A stretch of DNA of 64,000 bases from Diplonema japonicum (Eukaryota; Protista; Euglenozoa: Diplonemea). A model generated the notes under the pieces. The model was not told where the DNA came from. It ran no database searches and was given only the letters and a program-made list of their open reading frames with translations. This document shows, piece by piece, positions 9,801-18,629 of the stretch (its first letter is position 1; every line of letters starts with the position of its first letter). Where the stretch lies: NCBI GenBank assembly GCA_964019335.1, contig OZ025762.1, positions 62,001 through 126,000 on the forward strand. The letters run 5' to 3'. Made by a program: the position numbers and the translations under genes.

Positions 9801-11120
9801 CTTCCAGCCCATGTTCGTATTTGGGATCCAGCTCCTTGCACAGCTTCATCGTCGACGCCCTCGAAGCCATGTTGGCCGCGCGCAGGTGCTCCTGGCAGCT
9901 CCTCATCCCAAGCCCACCGACTTTTACGGACAGTTTCGCCTGCTGCCATTCTTTCGACCCGTTCTCGAACTGCATGCCGCACACCTTCGACATCGTCTTC
10001 CGCACCATCTCGTCGAACCTGTGCATGACCCCTCCCACATGCGAGTCTGGGACCACTCTCATGTAAAACACCAGTTTGCTGTATGAGCTGCAATACCGGA
10101 GAAGTGTGTACCCTGTCTGCCTCCCCACCTTGGTCAGCATGTCGAAGTTCTCTTCCAGCGCGTCCAAGCGTTTGTTCAGAAAGGCTTGCGTGTACTCCGG
10201 CGATCCTATCGGCGCCCCCAGGAGCATGAAGTTCCTCTCTTTGTGGAAATTCTCTTCTGTCAGGCCATCGAAGCCTGTGTCCTCCACTGTCTGGGGGAGG
10301 TCGCCACTAACCCATATGAGCTCGCACTTCTGGGGTTTCACTTTCAGCCCTATCATTCCGCTCAGCTCACACAAGATGTTGTACGCCTTTCTCACTTCAT
10401 CCACATTCCCCACAAGGACGCCATCGTCCAGGTAGAACTGGAGGATGTCCAGGTTGCAGTCTTCACTTATCTTGTTCACCAGGGGTTGGATGGCCAGAGA
10501 GAACAGCAGCGGTCCCATCGGGTCCCCCTGTTGCACCCCTTCCTGGGACTTAATCACCTTTCCGTTGTAGTATAATTGGGAGGGCACCCTGTAGCACCAA
10601 TCGGCCCACGCATACAGCCCCGACGCTTGCTCATAGGCCTGTGAGCACAGCTGCCTCCGACAAACACTGTTGAAGGCGTTGGCGTAGTCGATCTTGAGGA
10701 TCACCTTGTTTTCCTGCTTGTTGCCCCGTTCCCTGTCCACATACTGCCTGATGGTGTGTATAGCCGCCTCCATTCCAGCAGGGACCGATACCCCCACCTG
10801 GCCGCCTTTCTTCAGGTACGAAGAGGCCACTTCCGGAGCGATCTTCTTCACAAGGGATTTCCCCACCAGCCGACGCAGCACATCCCCAACGGCTATGGGC
10901 CGCACGTCCCTGTCGTTCTTCTTGAGGGCCACAAGGTTCGCCCCTGCCATCAGCGGAGCCACCTCCCTAGGGGCCGTGCCTCTAGCTAATGCGTTGACTG
11001 CCCTCGTCACCGACATCAAACAGCCTTGAGACTCAAAAGCTCCGTCCACCGCGTCCTTGATGTGCTGGGCTCTCAGACCAGTCGGTCCCGCAGCAGTCCC
11101 CCTCGGGAAGTCCCTGATTG
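6847..11120 (-). CDS. Retroelement polyprotein, C-terminal part: RT, CCHC, restriction-like endonuclease and ~690-aa extension
   Basis: ORF track 6847..11217. The first ~32 aa of that ORF are an out-of-frame product of the duplication junction at 11121-11124. Confidence 0.85.
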
Positions 11121-12841
11121 CGTCTTCTCCATCGTTGCGCCCACCCCGGCCCACTGACAGTGTCTGTGGATGGTCTCCTTCACCCGGTCGTGCCTCGCAA
11201 TCCTGGCGTTGCCGCATCCCTGGGCATGGTCACCCCATACGTCCATCCCCTCAGTCTTGCACCTCGGGTCGTGGCAGCTCTCACCCTGCTTGTAGACCGG
11301 AGCCCCCAACCACCACTTGATCAGAGCCCCAAACTCGTTGTCCGACAGCTGGTTGTAGAAGTCAGGCGTCGCTGTCAACCACGCTCCCGCATAGTGCATT
11401 GACTCCGACATCAACCTCGCTCTCGAGCGTGCATCTGCTTTCGCCAAGAGGTCCTCCAGCGCCTTCTCATCAAGCACCCTAGAGAGCCACCTCTGGCTGC
11501 AGATGTGGGGGGCCTTGGCCACCATGTCGGGTGTAATCTGCATGCCGCCCTTCGTCCTGTTGAACCACTCGAGCCAGCTCCCCCATACACCCCCTTCCAG
11601 CCCATGTTCGTATTTGGGATCCAGCTCCTTGCACAGCTTCATCGTCGACGCCCTCGAAGCCATGTTGGCCGCGCGCAGGTGCTCCTGGCAGCTCCTCATC
11701 CCAAGCCCACCGACTTTTACGGACAGTTTCGCCTGCTGCCATTCTTTCGACCCGTTCTCGAACTGCATGCCGCACACCTTCGACATCGTCTTCCGCACCA
11801 TCTCGTCGAACCTGTGCATGACCCCTCCCACATGCGAGTCTGGGACCACTCTCATGTAAAACACCAGTTTGCTGTATGAGCTGCAATACCGGAGAAGTGT
11901 GTACCCTGTCTGCCTCCCCACCTTGGTCAGCATGTCGAAGTTCTCTTCCAGCGCGTCCAAGCGTTTGTTCAGAAAGGCTTGCGTGTACTCCGGCGATCCT
12001 CCACTGTCTGGGGGAGGTCGCCACTAACCCATATGAGCTCGCACTTCTGGGGTTTCACTTTCAGCCCTATCATTCCGCTCAGCTCACACAAGATGTTGTA
12101 CGCCTTTCTCACTTCATCCACATTCCCCACAAGGACGCCATCGTCCAGGTAGAACTGGAGGATGTCCAGGTTGCAGTCTTCACTTATCTTGTTCACCAGG
12201 GGTTGGATGGCCAGAGAGAACAGCAGCGGTCCCATCGGGTCCCCCTGTTGCACCCCTTCCTGGGACTTAATCACCTTTCCGTTGTAGTATAATTGGGAGG
12301 GCACCCTGTAGCACCAATCGGCCCACGCATACAGCCCCGACGCTTGCTCATAGGCCTGTGAGCACAGCTGCCTCCGACAAACACTGTTGAAGGCGTTGGC
12401 GTAGTCGATCTTGAGGATCACCTTGTTTTCCTGCTTGTTGCCCCGTTCCCTGTCCACATACTGCCTGATGGTGTGTATAGCCGCCTCCATTCCAGCAGGG
12501 ACCGATACCCCCACCTGGCCGCCTTTCTTCAGGTACGAAGAGGCCACTTCCGGAGCGATCTTCTTCACAAGGGATTTCCCCACCAGCCGACGCAGCACAT
12601 CCCCAACGGCTATGGGCCGCACGTCCCTGTCGTTCTTCTTGAGGGCCACAAGGTTCGCCCCTGCCATCAGCGGAGCCACCTCCCTAGGGGCCGTGCCTCT
12701 AGCTAATGCGTTGACTGCCCTCGTCACCGACATCAAACAGCCTTGAGACTCAAAAGCTCCGTCCACCGCGTCCTTGATGTGCTGGGCTCTCAGACCAGTC
12801 GGTCCCGCAGCAGTCCCCCTCGGGAAGTCCCTGATTGCGTC
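11121..12841 (-). pseudogene. Tandem duplicate of 9328-11124 (RT/thumb region) carrying a 76-bp deletion
   Basis: The offset between copies is 1793 bp before and 1717 bp after the deletion junction at ~11997-12000. ORFs 11073..11960 and 11969..12982 repeat the peptides of the 6847..11217 ORF. Confidence 0.9.
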
Positions 12842-12864
12842 CAGCACTTCTTCTGGCAAGACTT

Positions 12865-15800
12865 CTACCGCTTCCTTCGTCTTCGCCGGGTTGTCCCATT
12901 GGGGGTGTAGTGGCTCTGGATGTTTGCTCTGCAGCGGGCTACAAGCGCCGCGTTTCCTGCCGAGAACCTCCCTTTGCTGCACAGTTCCGTGGCCCTGGCG
13001 ACCTTAGAGACCTCGTCGTTCTTAGGTTCCCCCTTCTCACCTGATTCCAGCTTATTCCAGAGGGCCATGTAATTTCCCTTCTCCCACTCCTCCAATCTGG
13101 CCTGGACACTCAGCTCCGTCTCCTTGTCCCGCTTCTTCCCTCCCCTCTTCTTCCACAGGCAGGCTTTGGGGAGCATCGCCACCAGCAGCCAAGCCTCCTC
13201 TGTGTTGTCCTTCACCGCTCGGCCCAGAGTGTGCTTAAGGGTAAGCCCCCACAGTCTTTGAAGGCTCGTCGGGATCGACCCCATGGTCGTGACGTTCATG
13301 GCGGCTATGGTTTCCAGGCTGGGTAACTCGGTCCTCGTCGGGGCCGGCGGGGGGGTCGTGTATTCCCCTTCCCTTCGCACCGCCTTTTTGCACTCGTCGT
13401 GGCACCCCTGACCCTTCCACACACAGCCCCTGCACACCAGGCACCTCTCGAGGTCCAGTCTCCTCAGAACGCTCTCCGGGATCTCATCACTCTCCAGGTG
13501 CCCATCCAGGTGACACTTCCATACCCTTGTCGAGTTGAACGGGGTCGTGCTTTTGCACTTCGACCTAGCGCAGTTCGCCACCGGACAGTACAGGAATTGC
13601 TGGTTCCTTGCCCCCATCTGGTCCAACACCCCTGCCTTCCCGTATCCAGGGATCGCACGGTCTATTATGTCCCACTCCCCGATGTCCTCACCCGGGGCCT
13701 CGGAGGGTTGCTTACCTGCCTTTTGTAGAGCTACCGATTGGGACTCATCAAGGAGCATCATCATCGACTCCTCCTCTCCGACTGCATACTCGTAGTGGTT
13801 GCCGTTGTACGCCAGCACCACCACCTTCTCGTGGTCGGAGTTGTACTCCCCTATCATCAGGACTGGGTTGTTCCCCCCAGCAACCACGAGTATCGTGCGG
13901 CCAAACGCTTGTGCTGCGGCTGCCAGGCACAAGTGGTCTCCCCACGTCGCTGCTGTGCCCATCCCTTCCAAGTACCGGTCCCAACCCTCACTGCAAAACG
14001 GGGCATAGTGCTCCTCCCGGTGTTTCATCCATTCTACAACCTCGCTCCTGATGTGGGTGTGGTCGCCGTAGGCTTCCCCGAGCGAACCGGCCAGGGCGTG
14101 GAACATGCAGTTCCCGTCCTTCTCCGTCGATCTCCTCGTCAGCTTGAAGCTCTTCATGATCTCGTCCACTGACTTGCCGGCCCTGGGTTGTTTGTCGGGG
14201 TTCCACAGATTCCGCTGCCTGTGTAGTGCACAGTGCGTCTGGTTCGACGAGCACGCCGCAGCACACGTTCCACAGAGGTTCACCTTCATGCTCCTCGCCT
14301 GCTCTTGTTTCACAAAATGATGGTGGACCGCATTGAGGTGTTTAACTAGACAGCTTGCCACACTGGTGCGGAAAGAGCAGTCTTCCATCCGGCATTGATG
14401 TTTGTCTGATCCTTCTTTTTCCCCCTCCTTCTGCGCCTCCATGTGCTCATCATCCAAATCCATGGGGGGAGGGTCACCACCTCCTTGCAACGCGTCCCCT
14501 GCCAGCGTCAAGTCCGCAAAGGGGTCCAGGTGTTCGGCCTGAAAGAGCTTATCCTCCGTCTCAGCTCGTTCCTTCGCCGCTTGCTTGGCGTCCTCCTTCT
14601 TTTTTCTGCGTCTTGAGCTTCTAGGCGGGCCCAAGTACACCGGCCGGTAGTGACCTCTCGATCCGCGTCTTGTCTTCTTCAGCTTTACCGGTCCGAATCT
14701 CTGGGTCGGGCCAGCACCAGCTTTCCCCACCATCACTTCCACCATGGCCCAGAGCGACATCAGCCCCCCTATCCAAACTGAAGTGCTTCCCACCAGAGTG
14801 CCCCCTACCGCTAGCCAAGCGAGCTCCCCGGCGGACCATTCATCCCCTCGGGGCCCCACCTGTACCCTTGACCTGCGGGTGGTCCTCCTGTCGCTCCCCG
14901 GCCTCTTCCACAACACTGCCGCATGCAGGAAGGAGGGGGCCATCCCGATGCCCGCCCCCAGCACCTGCCTCACCCCTGGGATCAGCAAGAGGGAGAACAG
15001 GGCGACCCAGGCCCACGCCCCCAGGTGCTCCCATCTCACCCCTTCCTTGCTGTGTCCCGTCCGTCTGCGGTGCCTCCTTGTGCCGGTTGCAGCCCCAGGT
15101 GCCGGGATTCTGGGTGCCAGGGGTTGGGCTCCAGGCGTTCCCACCTCGGTCCGCTTCAGCCCCATTGCAGGGTCATCTGGCTTCTGTTCCAGGGCGGCCT
15201 CGTGTTCCTCTCTGCGGGCCCTCCTCCTCCCTTCTTTCCTCGCACGACGGTGCCTTTTCTTCTCCTGTCTGGCAGCCTCCCTCGCCCCCTCCCTCGCCTT
15301 GGTCCTCTTCTCCCGACGCCTCTGAAGGGCCGTTTCGCTCCTGTGCCTCCTCCTGTTCTTCTTCCGCTTGGGCGCTGGCTTAGGTTCCCTGCCACCCATG
15401 GCAATCCAGGGGGCTCTTTTCTGTCTTCTCACAAGGGTGTGCAGTGGTGCTCTCACGTCGCTCGCAGCCTCCGCCCCAACCACACCTTGGCGGGCGGTGG
15501 GGGTGGGTGCTGGGTCCCCCTGGTTGTTTGAAAAGAAAAAAGGTTCCTCCTTGTTTGTTTTTTTTTTTTCTTTCCCTTCCACCCTCAAAAAAAGCCCCCG
15601 GCCCTTGGGGACCAGGGTGTACACCTCCGTAGAGGGTCCAGAAAAAATGGGGGGCAGAGAGGGAGGGGCACTACCTTCTCTCGGGCGTGCTGTCTCTCCC
15701 TCTGCCTTTTTTTCCTCCGAAGAGGGTCTGTTTTTCACCTCCGTGGAGGGTCCCTCTGGAGAGGGCTCTATAAAAGAAAAAGGGGGGGACGAATGGGGGG

Positions 15801-16947
15801 GAGGAGCACCACCCTCTCTCGGGAGTGCCACCTCTTCCCCTTTCTCTCTATTTTCCTCCGAAGAGGGTCTGTTTTCCTCCGAAGAGGGTTCTAAAAAAAA
15901 AAGGGGGGCGGGTGGGGCACTATCCTCTCTTGGGAGTGCCACCCCCCCTTGCCCACAAAAAAGGGGATCTAAAAAAGGGGGTTCGTCTGTTAACCCAGGG
16001 GATGGGTCTTCCTGGGGTGTGCGGGTGAGCTTGGGGCCTACCGCACGCAGGGTGATCGACACCCTGACACCAGTGGACATCCCGGACGGGATGTGGTGCG
16101 TCCATTGGTGTCTCGCTTCACCTTCCAACAATGCCCATGAGAAGGGGGGCACCAGGTATTTCGCCACCCTGTCCCCCCTCCTCATGACCATTGTGGTCTC
16201 GGCTCCGTACGAGAGGACTAGGACAATCGGTCCCAGCCTCGCGTCGTCCTTGTGGGCGGCAATCCCACAACCAGACTTGTACTTGTTGACAAGTACCTGG
16301 TTGGGGACCACCTCGAGCCCTGCGGCGGCGGCCACCTCCCTCACCCACCCCTCCGCCCCCCCTGGGATCCCCGTGGTGGGGCGCACCTTGGCGTTCGTCC
16401 CCTCCCACCGGTACCCGTATTGGAGGGTCTCCCTCCCTGAGTTCCCAGACAGGGCCTCCCACTTTCCTGAAAGCAGGGCTTTCGGGAAGGCAGGGGCCGG
16501 GCCCGTCCTCAACCCGGGAGGGTGTTCACCATACACCAGTACCCACCCCTTTTTTTCTCCCTCTTTTCTTCCCTCTTCAACAATAGCAGGGTCGGCTGCA
16601 GGGGTCGTGGTCGCGGCGGTCGTGGCTGCGGCAGGGGCGGCTGCGGCGGTCTCAGTTGCGGCGATCAGGGCGGCAGGGTCGGCTGCGGCGTTCAGGGCGG
16701 CTGGGGCGGCCGTGGCTGTAGCAGCGGCGGTCAAAACCGCGGTCTCTGCTAGTGATTTTTTTATTTTATTTTTTTTTTCTAAAGGGGGGTGGGGGGATCT
16801 AGGGGGTGGGGGTGGGGATTCATACTGCCCAACCAGATAGTCTGGTTGGGTCGGCCCTGGCGTCGTGTGCAGCCTGGCGGCCTGTCGGGGTTCCTTCTCC
16901 CTGCGGTTTGCGCGGTCACCTCCTCTTGCGTTCCGTCTTGGATCCAT
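12865..16947 (-). CDS. Retroelement polyprotein, N-terminal part: AlkB-like dioxygenase, hydrophobic segments, Zn fingers, OTU-like protease; frameshifted from RT near 12940
   Basis: AlkB: NQVLVNKY..GIAAHKD..WTHHI..RVSITLR. OTU: DGNCMFHAL..WGD..NHY. C2H2-like CRMEDC..HLNAVHH. The pre-RT motif RATELCSKGRFSAGNAAL continues in another frame as LQSKHP. Confidence 0.85.
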   Translation of the reverse strand: MDPRRNARGGDRANRREKEPRQAARLHTTPGPTQPDYLVGQYESPPPPPRSPHPPLEKKNKIKKSLAETAVLTAAATATAAPAALNAAADPAALIAATETAAAAPAAATTAATTTPAADPAIVEEGRKEGEKKGWVLVYGEHPPGLRTGPAPAFPKALLSGKWEALSGNSGRETLQYGYRWEGTNAKVRPTTGIPGGAEGWVREVAAAAGLEVVPNQVLVNKYKSGCGIAAHKDDARLGPIVLVLSYGAETTMVMRRGDRVAKYLVPPFSWALLEGEARHQWTHHIPSGMSTGVRVSITLRAVGPKLTRTPQEDPSPGLTDEPPFLDPLFCGQGGVALPREDSAPPAPLFFLEPSSEENRPSSEENREKGEEVALPREGGAPPPHSSPPFSFIEPSPEGPSTEVKNRPSSEEKKAEGETARPREGSAPPSLPPIFSGPSTEVYTLVPKGRGLFLRVEGKEKKKTNKEEPFFFSNNQGDPAPTPTARQGVVGAEAASDVRAPLHTLVRRQKRAPWIAMGGREPKPAPKRKKNRRRHRSETALQRRREKRTKAREGAREAARQEKKRHRRARKEGRRRARREEHEAALEQKPDDPAMGLKRTEVGTPGAQPLAPRIPAPGAATGTRRHRRRTGHSKEGVRWEHLGAWAWVALFSLLLIPGVRQVLGAGIGMAPSFLHAAVLWKRPGSDRRTTRRSRVQVGPRGDEWSAGELAWLAVGGTLVGSTSVWIGGLMSLWAMVEVMVGKAGAGPTQRFGPVKLKKTRRGSRGHYRPVYLGPPRSSRRRKKKEDAKQAAKERAETEDKLFQAEHLDPFADLTLAGDALQGGGDPPPMDLDDEHMEAQKEGEKEGSDKHQCRMEDCSFRTSVASCLVKHLNAVHHHFVKQEQARSMKVNLCGTCAAACSSNQTHCALHRQRNLWNPDKQPRAGKSVDEIMKSFKLTRRSTEKDGNCMFHALAGSLGEAYGDHTHIRSEVVEWMKHREEHYAPFCSEGWDRYLEGMGTAATWGDHLCLAAAAQAFGRTILVVAGGNNPVLMIGEYNSDHEKVVVLAYNGNHYEYAVGEEESMMMLLDESQSVALQKAGKQPSEAPGEDIGEWDIIDRAIPGYGKAGVLDQMGARNQQFLYCPVANCARSKCKSTTPFNSTRVWKCHLDGHLESDEIPESVLRRLDLERCLVCRGCVWKGQGCHDECKKAVRREGEYTTPPPAPTRTELPSLETIAAMNVTTMGSIPTSLQRLWGLTLKHTLGRAVKDNTEEAWLLVAMLPKACLWKKRGGKKRDKETELSVQARLEEWEKGNYMALWNKLESGEKGEPKNDEVSKVARATELCSKGRFSAGNAALVARCRANIQSHYTPNGTTRRRRRKR

Positions 16948-17119
16948 TTTTTATTTTTTTTATTTTTTTTTAAAGTGTGTGTTGGGGGAGGGGATCCTTT
17001 CGGTAAGCGGCGGGCAGGCCGACAGGCAAAACAACCCCCCCGGACGACGGCGACGACGGACGACGGACGCAGCAGCAAACCCAGGCAGAGGCGGCAGGCA
17101 CCAGCAGAACACGAACGAC

Positions 17120-17158
17120 CAATAAAGTACAGAAACTGTAGCTTTAGAATCGTTGGTT
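17120..17158 (-). ncRNA. Spliced-leader (mini-exon) sequence, 39 nt, forming the 5' end of the retroelement
   Basis: The minus strand reads AACCAACGATTCTAAAGCTACAGTTTCTGTACTTTATTG. The 39-nt length and the 3' half CAGTTTCTGTACTTTATTG match kinetoplastid/diplonemid SL exons, and the AACCAACG start resembles the diplonemid SL as I recall it. Confidence 0.92.
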
Positions 17159-17159
17159 T

Positions 17160-17211
17160 TAAAAATCTCAAAAAAGGCTTAAAAGAAGAAGAGGCAAATT
17201 CAAAAACATAC
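17160..17211. repeat. 52-bp direct repeat, right copy (candidate target-site duplication)
   Basis: Identical to 6344-6395; it begins 1 nt beyond SL position +1. Confidence 0.9.
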
Positions 17212-18629
17212 AATTGAGCAACGGTCACAACGAAAGCGGATACACAGCACAGGGGGGAACCACGCACACACCAGTTACCTTACCCCCTCCGACCATCAAG
17301 GCATACCAAGGACAGGGCGAATGGGTAACAGGGCCCGCTCTAAATCTAGCCCCGGCAAGGTTCACACACACACACACACACCACAGCTTGGGTACCTCTC
17401 ACATTAGTTTCAGCCGAAGCTTACTTACAGGGGACGCCACGTGAAGGCTGTGAGTTGGATTTTGTCCCCCAAGTCCTCCATTGCTCCAGCTGATCATCCC
17501 TTCACCATGCCAAGGCGAGGACTTCCCACGAAAGTCTAGAGCATGCAGAAGCCCGCCCACAGGTGTCACAACGTCGCCGCCACGCGAACCGTGCCGTACT
17601 TCGAAGCCAGCACACAGCCTGTTGCGTCAGCTGTGCTTGTCACCGTCATCAGGGCATCCGAAGCACTGTCATGCCACTTGCCGTCGAAGTCATCGCACCC
17701 TGCAGTCACTACACTGGCAGCCACCACGTGGGACATCGACTCGGGGTTAGTCGAGGATGTGATGATGGTATCGCGCAAGTGATAACATCATCGAAGGTGA
17801 GGGTCTACCACTGACCTTCTGAGCGACCACTGGTATGGTGGCTAAAAGCCCCCTAAGCAACATCATCGTTATGAAACTGTGAAGATTGGGATGCAAAAAA
17901 AGTAATGGAAGAAAGATAATAACCCATGTCAAGCTACATGATCTTCTTAGAGAGGGAAAAGGGAAGCATGGTCCGAGACCTGCCGGTAACCAGTCGATAG
18001 CGCGGTCGCGTGCCCTCTTCGCAGGTTTTTCACACTTCGGTTTGGTCCTGGCAAACGATGCAAAGAGATTTCACAAACGGCCCGTGGCCTTCCCGGCACC
18101 AAGGCAAAAGTCACAATAATCGGACAAAAAAGGAGGACTTGAGTGATGACATCCATGCTGTCACCCTCGCGGACGTCACCCCAATTCTCTTTTCAACTTG
18201 GTCTAAAAGTAGCGGATTTTGGGATCTTTTAACGTGACATAGCCCGAATTAAAACAGGAATAAAAAAACAAAGTTCAGACAAGGATGAAGTAATAAGAAA
18301 GAACACAAGTAACAAGTCAAACAGCAGCAAAACAAGCACACGACATTATACTGGACAGAATAACTTCTTTTTAAAAAACAGAGAGGAAGAAAAATATAGA
18401 GAAGAAAAAGTGAGGAACTGAGTATATTCACGCTCGACTTCCATGGCCACCGTCCTGCTGTCTAGATGAACCGACACCCTTTGTGGGATCTGATGAGCGA
18501 CCACTCGGACACCTTAAGTCAGCTCTCGGTTCATTCCACATTTTATCATTAATTGCGAATGGAGAAAGGGGAAAGAAGCAATGCTTCTAACTGAATCGGC
18601 ATCAAATCGCCAACAAAAAAAAAAGAAAC

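Larger units (their letters stand above)
6396..17158 (-). mobile_element. CRE/SLACS-like non-LTR retrotransposon (RT plus restriction-like endonuclease) with AlkB and OTU domains; full length but disrupted
   Basis: RT motifs RPIAVGDVLRRL, KIDYANAFNSV, GVQQGDPMGP and FYLDDG; CCHC knuckle CHDPRC...DHAQGC, RHD and RPADV...MDV endonuclease motifs; SL exon at the 5' end; flanking 52-bp repeat. The 3' boundary could instead be the T tract at 6161-6179. Confidence 0.9.

Noticed and set aside
7451-16840. Long plus-strand ORFs such as 7621..8937 and 15368..16840
   Set aside because: Antisense shadows of the retroelement polyprotein.
12865-16947. Integrated RNA virus, suggested by the AlkB + OTU pairing
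   Set aside because: The linked polymerase has non-LTR RT motifs (QGDP, YLDD) and a restriction-like endonuclease. No RdRp, helicase or capping-enzyme motifs were seen.
17000-17160. Functional SL RNA gene
   Set aside because: Only the exon is recognisable. I could not support an SL intron with Sm site and terminator, and no tandem SL array is present.
17460-17935. Possible decayed secreted-protein gene on the minus strand
   Set aside because: Only short broken frames with no recognisable motif.
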